32,000 nt of DNA from an uncultured Lentisphaeraceae bacterium (GTDB lineage Bacteria; Verrucomicrobiota; Kiritimatiellia; RFP12; UBA1067): contig CAZOIS010000031.1 of the NCBI GenBank assembly GCA_964579865.1, forward strand, positions 5,535 through 37,534, given 5' to 3'. The position numbers were made by a program, and so were the translations under genes. Below are positions 1 to 9,111 of the stretch, piece after piece. Every line of letters starts with the position of its first letter. The first letter of the stretch is position 1. The notes under the pieces were generated by a model. That model searched no databases. It was not told the origin of the DNA and saw nothing but the letters and a program-made list of their open reading frames with translations.

Positions 1-887
1 TGCGGTATCACGCGCACACGATGGTGCTGCGCAGCATGAAGCGCGCGCTCTACTCCGCGGAGAAGATCGGCCATTTCGGCCTCGCGAAAGACTTTTACGC
101 GCACTTCACCTCGCCGATCCGCCGTTATCCGGACTTGGTCCTCCACCGCCAGCTCGCCGATTATCTCGACGGCAAGGGCGGGAAGATGCCCCAGAACTAT
201 CTGGTCCAGACGGCGTTCCTGGCCACCGAGCGCGAGCAGGTGGCGGACGACGCCTCGCGGCAGCTGATCGAGATCAAGAAATTCCGCTTCCTGCAGCAGC
301 AGCTCGATGAGAAAAAGCCGATCGAGTACCGCGCGGTGGTCGCCAAATGCACCAACTACGGGGTGTTCATCGACATTCCCGATTTGGCGATGGGCGGCAT
401 GATCCACATTTCCAATCTCTCCAAGCAGTTCGTGCGCTTTAACCCCGCGAACGAATCGCTGAGCGCGGGCGCGACGGTCTACCGCGTCGGCACCGTGGTG
501 AAGGTGCAGGTGGCCACCGTCGATTTCAACCAGCGGCGCGCGGACTTTGTGCTGGTCGGGGAGGAGGTGTCGCGGACGGATGACCGAGGCCAGAGGTCGG
601 ACGCCAGAAGGCCGCGGACCGAGGGCCGCGGGCCGCGGCAAGAAGGCCGCAGCCGGAAACCGGCGGCGGGCGGTTTTTCTCGGCCGAAGGGCCGTGGGCC
701 GCGACCCGGCGACACGGGGCCCCGCCCTGACGGCCGTAGCCCCAGGGCCGATGCCGGCAGGGCTGGTTCTGCGAACAACAGCGGCCAACAACAGCACCGT
801 GGCGGCAAACCGCGGCCCGGCTCGGGCGGCGGACGGAGGTCTGGAAACGACTCGCGCCGGCATCCGGGCGGACACCGTCCACGGTGA
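1..887 (+). CDS. rnr: Ribonuclease R, C-terminal part (5' end outside window)
   Basis: The frame of ORF 21..887 is open to the window edge. It has the RNB catalytic-domain motif HFGLAKDFYAHFTSPIRRYPDLVLHRQL, an S1-like segment (YRAVVAKCTNYGVFIDIPDLAMGGMIHISNL), and a long Arg/Gly/Pro-rich basic tail typical of RNase R. Confidence 0.85.
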   Translation, partial: RYHAHTMVLRSMKRALYSAEKIGHFGLAKDFYAHFTSPIRRYPDLVLHRQLADYLDGKGGKMPQNYLVQTAFLATEREQVADDASRQLIEIKKFRFLQQQLDEKKPIEYRAVVAKCTNYGVFIDIPDLAMGGMIHISNLSKQFVRFNPANESLSAGATVYRVGTVVKVQVATVDFNQRRADFVLVGEEVSRTDDRGQRSDARRPRTEGRGPRQEGRSRKPAAGGFSRPKGRGPRPGDTGPRPDGRSPRADAGRAGSANNSGQQQHRGGKPRPGSGGGRRSGNDSRRHPGGHRPR

Positions 888-940
888 ACCACCCTGTGTG
901 ACGCCGGCGAGCGTGTCGGTCGCAAGGCCCCAGGCGTGAG

Positions 941-967
941 CTTGGTGCCCCTTTTTTCAAGGGCAAG
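941..967 (+). terminator. Possible weak stem-loop downstream of rnr
   Basis: CTTGgtGCCC-cttttttcaa-GGGCAAG is an imperfect hairpin about 55 nt after the rnr stop. It has no clear trailing U-tract. Confidence 0.25.
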
Positions 968-1026
968 TTTAGGGTTGCGCCGCGGTCGGCGGGACTGGGT
1001 CCGCGGCGACAAGGAGATCTGATAGA

Positions 1027-2250
1027 ATGACGCGGTGGAGCAGAAATGTCTGGGCGATGTTCGGGCTGGCCGCTTGGAGTTGGGCCTCGGGCGCGGCTGC
1101 GGCGAATTGGCCGTGCTGGCGGGGGCCGGAGCGGAACGGGATCTCGCGCGAGACGGGATGGACGCACGCGTGGGGTTCGGCCGGCCCCGCCGTCTTGTGG
1201 CGGGCCTCGGTCGGAAAGGGCTTCTCCTCGTTCGCCGCGGCGGACGGGCGTGTCTACACCTTGGGCAACGCGGACGACGCGGACTCGGTTTTCTGTTTCG
1301 AGTCGGAGACCGGCAAGCTCCGCTGGCGGCACACCTACCCGTGCGAGCCTCAACCGCTTTCCTATGAAGGCGGTCCGTCGGCGACGCCCGCGGTGTCGGG
1401 CGGCCGCGTCTATACCTTCAGCAAAGGGGGCGACCTGTTCTGTCTCGACGCGCGGGACGGACGCGTGATCTGGTCAAAGAAATATGCCCCGTGGCCGTTG
1501 CGGGAGGGGGATTGGAAGAACACGTGGCGCTACGCGGGTTCGCCGCTGGTGGCGGCGGACCGGCTGTACATGTGCCTGGGGGAGTCCGGCGCGGCGCTGG
1601 ACGCGCGGGACGGCAAGGTGCTGTGGGAGAGCCCCGCAGGCCACCCCGGCTATTCGTCGCCCGTGCCGTACCGCGCCGGCAACGAAGCCGCGCTCGCGTT
1701 CTTCTCCGGGCGCGCCGTGATCGGCATGGTTGCGGACTCCGGCAAACGGCTCTGGAGGATCCCTTGGCAGACCGCGTGGGACATGAACGCGGCCGATCCG
1801 ATCATTCATGAGAACCGGCTTTTCGTGTCGTCCGGGAACGGCGTCGGCGGTGCGCTGTACGACCTGTCAACCGCGCCGCCGCGCGAGCTGTGGCGCAACA
1901 AGCACCTGCGGCTGCCGATGAACAGCGCGGTGCTGTGGCAGGGCTGCCTGTACGGCTTCAACGACGAGAGTTTGGTCTGCGTGGAGTGGGCGACGGGCGA
2001 GAAGAAGTGGTCTGAATCGTCGGTGCGGCGCGGGTCGCTGACGGCGGCGGACGGCCGGCTTGTGCTGCTGAGCGAAAACGGGACGCTCGTGGTGGCGGAA
2101 GCCACGCCGCAGGCTTACCGCCCGCTGGCGCAGGCGCAGATCCTCGAGGGCCGGTGCTGGTCCGTGCCGGTGCTGTCCGGCGGGCTGCTCTTCGCGCGCA
2201 ACGCGCAGGGCGACGTGGTCTGCCTTTCCCTGCGGTCGGGGCCGAAATGA
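1027..2250 (+). CDS. PQQ-like beta-propeller repeat protein (BamB-family fold), secreted
   Basis: 407 aa. It has an N-terminal signal-like segment ([26 protein letters not shown]) followed by [12 protein letters not shown]. Repeated blades follow the pattern GRVY..., DG...W (e.g. [60 protein letters not shown]). Confidence 0.8.
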   Translation: MTRWSRNVWAMFGLAAWSWASGAAAANWPCWRGPERNGISRETGWTHAWGSAGPAVLWRASVGKGFSSFAAADGRVYTLGNADDADSVFCFESETGKLRWRHTYPCEPQPLSYEGGPSATPAVSGGRVYTFSKGGDLFCLDARDGRVIWSKKYAPWPLREGDWKNTWRYAGSPLVAADRLYMCLGESGAALDARDGKVLWESPAGHPGYSSPVPYRAGNEAALAFFSGRAVIGMVADSGKRLWRIPWQTAWDMNAADPIIHENRLFVSSGNGVGGALYDLSTAPPRELWRNKHLRLPMNSAVLWQGCLYGFNDESLVCVEWATGEKKWSESSVRRGSLTAADGRLVLLSENGTLVVAEATPQAYRPLAQAQILEGRCWSVPVLSGGLLFARNAQGDVVCLSLRSGPK

Positions 2251-2320
2251 GGGTGGCCTGCCGGCGCGGCGCGATAAAAACGAGTTGTGTGGCGGCGCGG
2301 CGGCGGTTAAACTGGCACGT

Positions 2321-3370
2321 ATGAAATCTAAACACTCTTTTTTACTGGGGCTTCTCGCGGGGGCGGTTTTGGTCGCCGGTTGCGGCAAGCAGGGCGCGCC
2401 GCAGGACGGGGCTAAGAAGCAGACGTTCAAATTGACGTACAGCGTCTTTTTCCCGCCGACCCACGTGCAGGCCAAGCTGGCCACGGAATGGGCCGACGAA
2501 GTCAAAAAGCGCACGGGCGGCCAGGTGCAGATCACGGTGTTCGCGGGGGGCGCGCTGACCAAGGCCGACCAGTGCTATCAGGGCGTGGTGGACGGCGTGT
2601 CCGATATCGGCATGAGCGCGTTCGCCTACACGCGCGGACGCTTCCCGCTGCTGGAAGGTCTGGACCTGCCGGTCGGGTACCCCGACGGCATCAGCGCGAC
2701 GCGCATCGTCAACGCCTTGGCCGCCAAGTACAAACCCGCGGAGACGCAGGACACGAAGCTGCTTTACGTGCATGCGCACGGGCCGGGCATCCTGGCCACG
2801 AAGAAGCCGGTCGCGAAACTGGAGCAGCTGAAGGGCCTCAAGATCCGGGCGACGGGTTTCTGCGCAAAGGTTGTGGAGAATCTCGGCGGCTCGCCGGTGA
2901 GCATGCCGCAGGGCGAGACCTACGAGGCGCTCCAGAAGGGGGTGGTCGACGCGACGTTCTGCCCCGTCGAGACGCTCAAGGGCTGGAAACAGGGCGAGGT
3001 GATCGGCTGCATCACGGATTCCAAGTGCATCGGCTACACGACGGCCTTCTTTGTGGCGATGAACAAGGCGAAGTGGGCGAGCCTGCCCGGCGACGTTCAG
3101 AAGGCCATCGAAGACGTGTCGGCCGAGTGGGTCGCCAAGCACGGCCAGTCGTGGAATGAGGCCGACCGCGAAGGCCTCGCGTATATCGACGGGCTGGGCC
3201 GCGACATCGTGACGCTGACGCCGGCCGAGCAGGCGATGTGGATCGAGAAGGTCGCTCCGCTGCTGCAAGACTATGCGGCGCGCGCCGCGCAGAAGGGTCT
3301 GCCGGGCGAGGCGTTTCTGAACGAGCTGAAGGCGTCCGTCGCGGAAGCCCGCGCGGCCCAGGAGAAATAG
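2321..3370 (+). CDS. dctP: TRAP transporter substrate-binding protein (DctP family), lipoprotein
   Basis: ATG 2321 gives the lipoprotein signal [21 protein letters not shown]. The length and sequence pattern are DctP-like, and small and large TRAP permease genes follow directly. Confidence 0.85.
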   Translation: MKSKHSFLLGLLAGAVLVAGCGKQGAPQDGAKKQTFKLTYSVFFPPTHVQAKLATEWADEVKKRTGGQVQITVFAGGALTKADQCYQGVVDGVSDIGMSAFAYTRGRFPLLEGLDLPVGYPDGISATRIVNALAAKYKPAETQDTKLLYVHAHGPGILATKKPVAKLEQLKGLKIRATGFCAKVVENLGGSPVSMPQGETYEALQKGVVDATFCPVETLKGWKQGEVIGCITDSKCIGYTTAFFVAMNKAKWASLPGDVQKAIEDVSAEWVAKHGQSWNEADREGLAYIDGLGRDIVTLTPAEQAMWIEKVAPLLQDYAARAAQKGLPGEAFLNELKASVAEARAAQEK

Positions 3371-3375
3371 GCGAG

Positions 3376-3885
3376 ATGCAGAAGCCGGTGAGAAAGCCGC
3401 TCGGGCCATTTTGGCGCGCGGTCGTCTGGTTGGGGCGGGGCATGACCTTCATCTCATGCCTCGGGCTGGTCGCGATGATGACGGTCATCTGCGTGGACGT
3501 GTTCCTGCGGGTCGTCGGGCATCCGGTCAAGGGCGCGTACGACATCGTGCGCGTGGCGGGCGCGGTGACGATCGCCTGTTCGCTGCCGATCACGACCGCG
3601 ATGAAGGGGCACGTGGCGATCGAATACTTTTTCCAGAAGCTGAACCGGCAGTGGCGCGTCATTGTGGACTCGGCGATGCGCCTGCTGGCGATCGGCGCGT
3701 TTCTGCTGGCGGCGTACGAGTGCGTGGGGTACGGGGTCCGGTTCTTGCGGAACAGCCAGGTGACCGACACGATCGAAATGCCGATTTTCTGGGTGCCGTG
3801 GCTGATGGCCGTGTCGTTCGGGGTGACGGCGCTGGTGGTGGTGTTTCATCTGATGTATCCCGGACGGGAGATGGTGCGGTCATGA
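3376..3885 (+). CDS. dctQ: TRAP transporter small permease (DctQ)
   Basis: ATG 3376 lies 5 nt after the dctP stop. The product is a 169-aa hydrophobic protein (MQKPVRKPLGPFWRAVVWLGRGMTFISCLGLVAMMTVICVDVFLR...). Its stop overlaps the next start (ATGA). Confidence 0.85.
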   Translation: MQKPVRKPLGPFWRAVVWLGRGMTFISCLGLVAMMTVICVDVFLRVVGHPVKGAYDIVRVAGAVTIACSLPITTAMKGHVAIEYFFQKLNRQWRVIVDSAMRLLAIGAFLLAAYECVGYGVRFLRNSQVTDTIEMPIFWVPWLMAVSFGVTALVVVFHLMYPGREMVRS

Positions 3886-5183
3886 CGCCTTTGGTTGTCG
3901 GCATTCTGGGTGTAGTCGCAATGCTGGCCCTGCTGGTCTGCAGCCTGCCGGTCGCGATCGTGATGGGGCTGGTCGGCGTGGTCGGTTATGCGGCCGTCAT
4001 CTCCGGCAAGGCGGCGCTGGCGATGCTGTCGGCCGACCTGTACGACGTGTTCTCGAACTACAACCTGACGGTTATTCCGCTCTTCGTGTTCATGGGGCAG
4101 GTGGCGTTCCACACGGGCATCAGCCGCCGGCTGTTCGCGGCCGCGAACAGCTGGCTCGCCGGCCTGAGGGGCGGGCTGGCGATGGCGACGGTCGGGGCCT
4201 GCGCGGCGTTCGGCGCGATCTGCGGCTCGGGGCCCGCCACCGCGGCGACGATGGCGGCGGTGGCGCTGCCGGAGATGAAGCGGTACAAGTACGACGACGC
4301 CCTGGCCAGCGGCACGGTCGCGGCGGGGGGCGGGCTCGGCATGCTGATCCCGCCGAGCGTGGTGTTCATCGTGTACGGCATTCTGACGGAGCAGTCGATC
4401 GGCAAGCTTTTCATTTCGGGCGTGATCCCCGGCATCGTGGTGGCGCTGCTCTTCTGCGGCGTGATCAGCATCCAGTGCTACCTGAACCCCAGACTGGCGC
4501 CGCCGGCCGTGCGCGTGGCGTGGCGCGAGCGCTTCAAGACGTTGGCGGGCGTGGTCGAGACGCTGGTGCTGTTCGTGTTCGTGATGGGCGGGATGTTCGC
4601 GGGCTGGTTCACGGCGACCGAGGGCGCGGCCATGGGCGCGGTCGGCAGCGTGGCGATCGCGGTGGCGGGCGGCAACTGTTCGTTCAAGATGCTGTGGCAG
4701 GCCGCGCAGGAGACCATCCGCACGTCGTGCATGGTCATGGTGATCGTGGCGGGCGCGACGATGTTCGGGCATTTCCTCGCCGTGACGGGTCTGCCCACGC
4801 AGTTCGCGGGCTGGCTGGCGGGCCTGCCGGTGCCGCCGTGGGTGATCATCGTCATGGTGATCGTCTTTTATCTGTTCGCCGGCTGCTTCATCGATTCGCT
4901 GGCGCTGATCCTTCTGACGATTCCGATCTTCTATCCGGTCATCGTCGGCCTCGGCTATGACCCGATCTGGTTCGGCGTCATGATCGTGCTGGTGACGCAG
5001 ATGGGCGTGATCACGCCGCCGGTGGGGGTGAACGTCTACGTGGTGAGCGGGATCGACCGGAGCATCCCTTTGCAGACGGTGTTCCGCGGGTCGATGCCGT
5101 TTCTGCTCGCGCTGTTCGCGGCGTGCGGGTTGCTGATGGTTTTCCCCCAATTGGCGACGTGGCTGCCGCGGATCGTGCAATAG
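3882..5183 (+). CDS. dctM: TRAP transporter large permease (DctM)
   Basis: ATG 3882 overlaps the dctQ stop. The product is a 433-aa polytopic membrane protein (MTPLVVGILGVVAMLALLV...), typical of DctM. The 3411 upstream extension is an Arg/Gly-rich out-of-frame reading of dctQ. Confidence 0.88.
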   Translation: MTPLVVGILGVVAMLALLVCSLPVAIVMGLVGVVGYAAVISGKAALAMLSADLYDVFSNYNLTVIPLFVFMGQVAFHTGISRRLFAAANSWLAGLRGGLAMATVGACAAFGAICGSGPATAATMAAVALPEMKRYKYDDALASGTVAAGGGLGMLIPPSVVFIVYGILTEQSIGKLFISGVIPGIVVALLFCGVISIQCYLNPRLAPPAVRVAWRERFKTLAGVVETLVLFVFVMGGMFAGWFTATEGAAMGAVGSVAIAVAGGNCSFKMLWQAAQETIRTSCMVMVIVAGATMFGHFLAVTGLPTQFAGWLAGLPVPPWVIIVMVIVFYLFAGCFIDSLALILLTIPIFYPVIVGLGYDPIWFGVMIVLVTQMGVITPPVGVNVYVVSGIDRSIPLQTVFRGSMPFLLALFAACGLLMVFPQLATWLPRIVQ

Positions 5184-5201
5184 ACCTAAAGGAGGACCAC
5201 C

Positions 5202-5708
5202 ATGAAAGAGTCAGAGCTGCGGCAAGGGCACTACCGTAAGATTCTGTTTTGCACGGATTTCTCCGAGAACGCGAAGTTCGCGTTCGATTTCGCGGTGGAC
5301 GCGGCCATCCGCAATGTCGGATGCACGCTCTGTCTTCTGCACGTCATCCCCGAGCCGGACGCCCAGTTCTGGAAGGGCTACATCTACGAGGTCGGCGACA
5401 TGGACGCCAAGGCGCGCGCCGACATCGACCGCGCGATCGACGCCGACTACCGTCCCCGCGTGCCTCAGGGGATCCGCTTTGAGGTGGAGATGCGCATCGG
5501 CGACGCGGCGCGGATGATTCTCGACTTCGCGGAGCAGCAGGGCGTCGATCTGATCATCCTGGGACGGCAGGGACGCGGCGCGATCACCCAGTGGCTGCTC
5601 GGCAACGTGACCGGGAAAGTGGCCCGCAAAGCCACCTGCCCGGTGCTGGTCGTGCCGATGGCGTTCAAGGATAAGCAGCCGGCTCTGGCGGCTGAAAGTC
5701 CTGTGTGA
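5202..5708 (+). CDS. Universal stress protein (UspA family)
   Basis: 168 aa. Matching segments are KILFCTDFSENAKFAFDFAV..., LCLLHVIPEP..., and the ATP-binding-type C-terminus DLIILGRQGRGAITQWLLGNVTGKVARKATCPVLVV. A Shine-Dalgarno AAAGGAGG lies upstream. Confidence 0.85.
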   Translation: MKESELRQGHYRKILFCTDFSENAKFAFDFAVDAAIRNVGCTLCLLHVIPEPDAQFWKGYIYEVGDMDAKARADIDRAIDADYRPRVPQGIRFEVEMRIGDAARMILDFAEQQGVDLIILGRQGRGAITQWLLGNVTGKVARKATCPVLVVPMAFKDKQPALAAESPV

Positions 5709-7770
5709 CCGCGGAGAGGTCCGGCGTGCCGACGAAGTCGGCGTCCGAGGCGTACCGGTAGGCCACCGTCAGGTTGTCGTCCATTTGGGCGAGATCGGGC
5801 AGGCTTTCGTTCGTGTCGTCGAGTTTGATCCGGCGGGGCAGGTAGCGCACCACATGCGCCTTGGCGGCGCGGCCGAGCGCGTCGCTCGCGACGATCCGGT
5901 GACCGAACGCGGTGAAGCGCTCCTCGTCCAGTCCCCGGATGCGCCGCCATCCCGTCAGACGGCCCCGCGCGTCGTACTGATACACGTCCTTCCAGTTGCG
6001 CGTGAGGCTCATGAGCGGGTCGTTGTAGGGGCTTTGCCGACGCGTATAGTCGACGGCGAGCAGCCTTCCGTCTTCGGCGTAGGAGCGCTGTTCGTTGCCC
6101 AGGAAATAAAAGCTGACGACCGCCGGCAGGGAGAAGGCCGTGGCGGTTTCGGCGATGACGCCGATGTCTACGCGCGAGGTCAGGATGCGCTGCTTGCCGC
6201 CGGCAGGGGTTTCGAACGGCGTCGTGTGGTAAGCGACGGTGAGCGACATCAGCGCCGGATTGGTGGGACAGGGCGTAAAGGCGATTTTCGCGGGGTCCCC
6301 CTGGAGCACCACCCAGTGGAGCCGCGCGTCCGCACGCCTGCAGCGCGCTTGCAGGTCGAGCGTGCGCGTCCGCGCTGTGCCGCGGAAGACGCGCGCGATC
6401 GCGAGGGGCGTGTCGACGAGCTGTTCGCTGCGGACGATGTCAAAAAAGTCGCGGTCGGGAACCATCTGGGTCTCCCGGCACACGTTGAGCAGAACCAGCG
6501 GCGGCAGGTCGTTGGTGGTCAGCGCGTGGGCCATCTGGACGAGCCGGGCGGTGTCAAGGTCGCACGCCTGGAAGACGGGCGGATGCGCGATGCCGGAGAG
6601 GTAGTCGCGCGGAGTTTTGACACGGCGCTGCGAGGCTCTGAAAAGCATGTTCAGGGCGGGCATCAGCAGCCCGGTGCGCGTGAGCTCGGCTCGCGTCTCC
6701 GGCCGCAGGGCGGCGAGCGCGGCGGCGGCGGCTTCCACAAAGGGGCGCTCGGCGTTGCTCTGCCCGGCCACGGCGATGAAGTAGGGCAGGTTTGCCGGGA
6801 AAAGGTCGCCGGTGCGCGGGGCATAGTCGTCATATACCGGATAGAAGAAAAGCTGGTTCCCCAGCAGGAAGAGCGATTGGAGCGCGGCTTGGCGCGGGTC
6901 GCCGCACACCGCGCGCGGCTGGCTGCGCCAGTAGGGCGAGTTGAGATAGCCCATCGAGGAGTGACCGATGACCGGTGCGAGCAGGCCGCTGTTTCCGAGG
7001 GCGAAAAGGGTGTTGGGCAGCCCGATGTTGAGCTTGCGCTCGACCATCTCCTGCGGGTATCCGAGCCTCGCCATGCCGGGGTGGCCGGCGACGTCGAGCG
7101 GCCGGGTGTCGTTGTCGCGGTTCACATAAAGCACGCCGGCCGAACCGGCGGCGGTGCCGTCGCGGAGCCAGCCGTTGATCGCGTCGGCTTCCGGGCCACG
7201 GTAGCCGGCCGCGGCAGGCGCTTGGGGCAGGTCGATGAAAGAGTGAAAAAGCCCCGTCTGGAAACTCCAGAGCGTGTTGGAGGCGCTCTGCATGACGGTG
7301 TGCGTGACGTCGGGCGCGAGCGCGACGAGCCGGTTGGTCGCGGTCCCGGGCGGCCCGCGGAGCTCCGTCATGCGGGCGATGCGCGCATTAAAGCCTTCGG
7401 CGCCGCGCAGGGAGGCGAGGTCGGGGTCTTGAGAAAGATGCTCGGAGTCGAGGAAACCGGCGGCGATCGCCCGGTCCAGCGCCTCCAGGGCCGCCCGCGT
7501 TTTCCCCTGCAGGGCCAGGGCGCAGGCGAGGTTATAGGTCCAGAGTTCGTCGGACGAGCCCAGTTCCACGCCTTCCCGGCAGGCCGTCTCCATCGCGGCG
7601 AAATCCTTCCGCGCGTGAGCGGCGTCCATCAGCGCCAGCAGCTGGAGGTGGCGGAGGTGAAGTCCGGGCATGTCGAAAACGCTGGCTGCGGAGCGGCCGG
7701 GAAGGACGGCGAGAAAGAAAAACAGGCCTGCCGCCAGAAACAGCGGCAAGATGAGGCGGGTGCGTTTCAT
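5665..7770 (-). CDS. Secreted hypothetical protein with N-terminal TPR-like helices and a C-terminal YD-repeat-like motif
   Basis: Start chosen at ATG 7770, which gives the signal peptide MKRTRLILPLFLAAGLFFFLAVLPGRSAA. TPR-like segment: WTYNLACALALQGKTRAALEALDRAIAAGF. The C-terminal part contains YQYDARGRLTGW (YxYDxxGRL). G/C is strongly enriched at third codon positions on this strand. The start overlaps the upstream DUF167 stop by 4 nt. Confidence 0.7.
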   Translation of the reverse strand: MKRTRLILPLFLAAGLFFFLAVLPGRSAASVFDMPGLHLRHLQLLALMDAAHARKDFAAMETACREGVELGSSDELWTYNLACALALQGKTRAALEALDRAIAAGFLDSEHLSQDPDLASLRGAEGFNARIARMTELRGPPGTATNRLVALAPDVTHTVMQSASNTLWSFQTGLFHSFIDLPQAPAAAGYRGPEADAINGWLRDGTAAGSAGVLYVNRDNDTRPLDVAGHPGMARLGYPQEMVERKLNIGLPNTLFALGNSGLLAPVIGHSSMGYLNSPYWRSQPRAVCGDPRQAALQSLFLLGNQLFFYPVYDDYAPRTGDLFPANLPYFIAVAGQSNAERPFVEAAAAALAALRPETRAELTRTGLLMPALNMLFRASQRRVKTPRDYLSGIAHPPVFQACDLDTARLVQMAHALTTNDLPPLVLLNVCRETQMVPDRDFFDIVRSEQLVDTPLAIARVFRGTARTRTLDLQARCRRADARLHWVVLQGDPAKIAFTPCPTNPALMSLTVAYHTTPFETPAGGKQRILTSRVDIGVIAETATAFSLPAVVSFYFLGNEQRSYAEDGRLLAVDYTRRQSPYNDPLMSLTRNWKDVYQYDARGRLTGWRRIRGLDEERFTAFGHRIVASDALGRAAKAHVVRYLPRRIKLDDTNESLPDLAQMDDNLTVAYRYASDADFVGTPDLSAVTQDFQPPEPAAYP

Positions 7771-8060
7771 GGGGCTGCCGTGAGGGTTGCGGTGACCGCA
7801 TCGGCGGACACGCCGCAGAGTTTGACGCGCTTGAGGCGCGAGGTGTCGCCAGTGAGGATTTCCACGGCGCGTTTCGGAATGCCGAACGTTTTCGCGAAAA
7901 ACGCCGTCAGCTCCGCGTTGGCCTTGCCGTCGACGGGCGGCGCCTGAAGGCGCACCCGCAGCCACTCGGGGTCCGCGCCGGCGATCTGCGACTTGTTGGC
8001 GCGCGGGGTGGCTTTCACCGTGAGGATGCAGCCGTCATGAGTGGAGAGGAGCCAAGACAT
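7767..8060 (-). CDS. yggU: DUF167 (YggU) family protein
   Basis: 97 aa from ATG 8060: MSWLLSTHDGCILTVKATPRANKSQIAG...PPVDGKANAELTAFFAKTFGIPKRAVEILTGDTSRLKRVKL. This is the classic YggU pattern (KA.P.A..., P.dGKAN..l..fLa, G..SR.K). It lies directly downstream of yggT. Confidence 0.85.
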   Translation of the reverse strand: MSWLLSTHDGCILTVKATPRANKSQIAGADPEWLRVRLQAPPVDGKANAELTAFFAKTFGIPKRAVEILTGDTSRLKRVKLCGVSADAVTATLTAAP

Positions 8061-8083
8061 AGGATTGTGTTGGGGGAGCGGTT

Positions 8084-8989
8084 TCAGTTGAAGAAAGGCG
8101 AATGGATGAGCTCGTAGAGCCCGCGGCAGATGCTGTTGTACATGAGGTCGACGACAAAAAAGAAGATGAGCGGCGTGAAGTCGAACCCCATGCCGGCCGA
8201 ACCGCGCCGCGCGAAGCGCCCGAGCAGGAGCTCCACGCCCTCGCTGCAGATGAGGGCGATGCCATGCGACTGCAGGACCGCCGCGCCGAGGTTCGCGATG
8301 ATCAGGATGAAGAGCCCGCGGGTCATGAACATCAGGCCGTCCGCCAGCGAGAGCGCGGCCAGCCAGCCCGTTTTCAGGCACTGGGCATAGAGCGGGCCCT
8401 CCAGGAACGGCGAGGCCAAGACCGGCTTGGCCGCTTCCAGGGGTTGGCCGAGGACGCTGAGCGTGCCGGTGCGGGAAAGGGCGAGGGCCATGGCGGCATG
8501 CAGCGCGACCAGCACGACCGGCTGCGCGAGCAGCGGCAACCGCGAGAAGGGGCGCGTGAAAAAGGTCAGCGCTTCCGACGCGCGGGAGACGCGGAACGGC
8601 GGGGTGATCAGCCGCACCAGCAGGGAAAGCGTCCAGAGCCTGAGAAGGAAAAGGGCAACATGCAGGACGCTGAAGATCAGCAGGGGCGTGATCCGCTCCC
8701 CGACGGCGTCCGGCGAGAACTGGAAAGTGGAGCCGATGCGGATGGCCCAGGAGACGTTGAGGCGGTAGAAAAGGATGGTCTTGAAAAGCGTGATGAAAAG
8801 GATCACCACGAGCGCGGCGGCCTGTTCCGGCAGAAACAGGACCGGGCGCAGGAACGCGAGGACCGAGTCGGTGAATTTGACCGTGCCCGAGAGGAAGGGG
8901 TTGAAATAGAACTCTTTCTCGGGGGCCGACCAGAGCCGGATCCAGAAAAGCAGCAGAAGAAAGTTGAAGGCGTAAATCAGATAATCCAT
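8084..8989 (-). CDS. yggT: YggT family membrane protein (long form)
   Basis: 301 aa from ATG 8989: MDYLIYAFNFLLLLFWIRLWS.... It is polytopic and has the YggT-like C-terminus LTPLIFFFVVDLMYNSI. It sits in the conserved yggT-yggU arrangement. The 8990-9394 extension of the ORF is Arg/Pro-rich and non-protein-like. Confidence 0.7.
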   Translation of the reverse strand: MDYLIYAFNFLLLLFWIRLWSAPEKEFYFNPFLSGTVKFTDSVLAFLRPVLFLPEQAAALVVILFITLFKTILFYRLNVSWAIRIGSTFQFSPDAVGERITPLLIFSVLHVALFLLRLWTLSLLVRLITPPFRVSRASEALTFFTRPFSRLPLLAQPVVLVALHAAMALALSRTGTLSVLGQPLEAAKPVLASPFLEGPLYAQCLKTGWLAALSLADGLMFMTRGLFILIIANLGAAVLQSHGIALICSEGVELLLGRFARRGSAGMGFDFTPLIFFFVVDLMYNSICRGLYELIHSPFFN

Positions 8990-9111
8990 AACGTTCCTAA
9001 GAGGTGGACAGGCACAAGGATACGGGTTAGGCCGAGGCACTTCAAGGGGAAAGGCGCCGGCGCAAGGGCCGCTCCGGGGGCCACAGCCGCGGCGGGGCGC
9101 GCGACGGCGGA

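Noticed and set aside
560-887. Arg/Gly/Pro-rich repetitive region as a separate gene or repeat element (ORFs 479..1012-, 526..1353-, 547..939+)
   Set aside because: It is in frame and continuous with the RNase R S1 domain, and basic low-complexity tails are normal for RNase R. The overlapping ORFs are compositional artefacts.
3411-3881. Upstream extension of dctM (track start 3411)
   Set aside because: It overlaps dctQ in another frame and is Arg/Gly-rich. ATG 3882 gives a normal-length DctM with an ATGA overlap to dctQ.
2342-5180. Long minus-strand ORFs (2342..3409, 3012..3770, 3846..5180) opposite dctPQM
   Set aside because: They are shadow ORFs with His/Arg/Asp/Gln-rich low-complexity translations. 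The + strand encodes a textbook TRAP transporter.
5785-7947. 720-aa ORF on the + strand
   Set aside because: It is a mirror ORF antisense to the 701-aa minus-strand gene. Its translation is Arg/Gly/Ala/Val-rich with no motifs. The minus frame has a signal peptide, TPR-like helices and strong G/C enrichment at third codon positions. This is a typical shadow ORF of GC-rich DNA.
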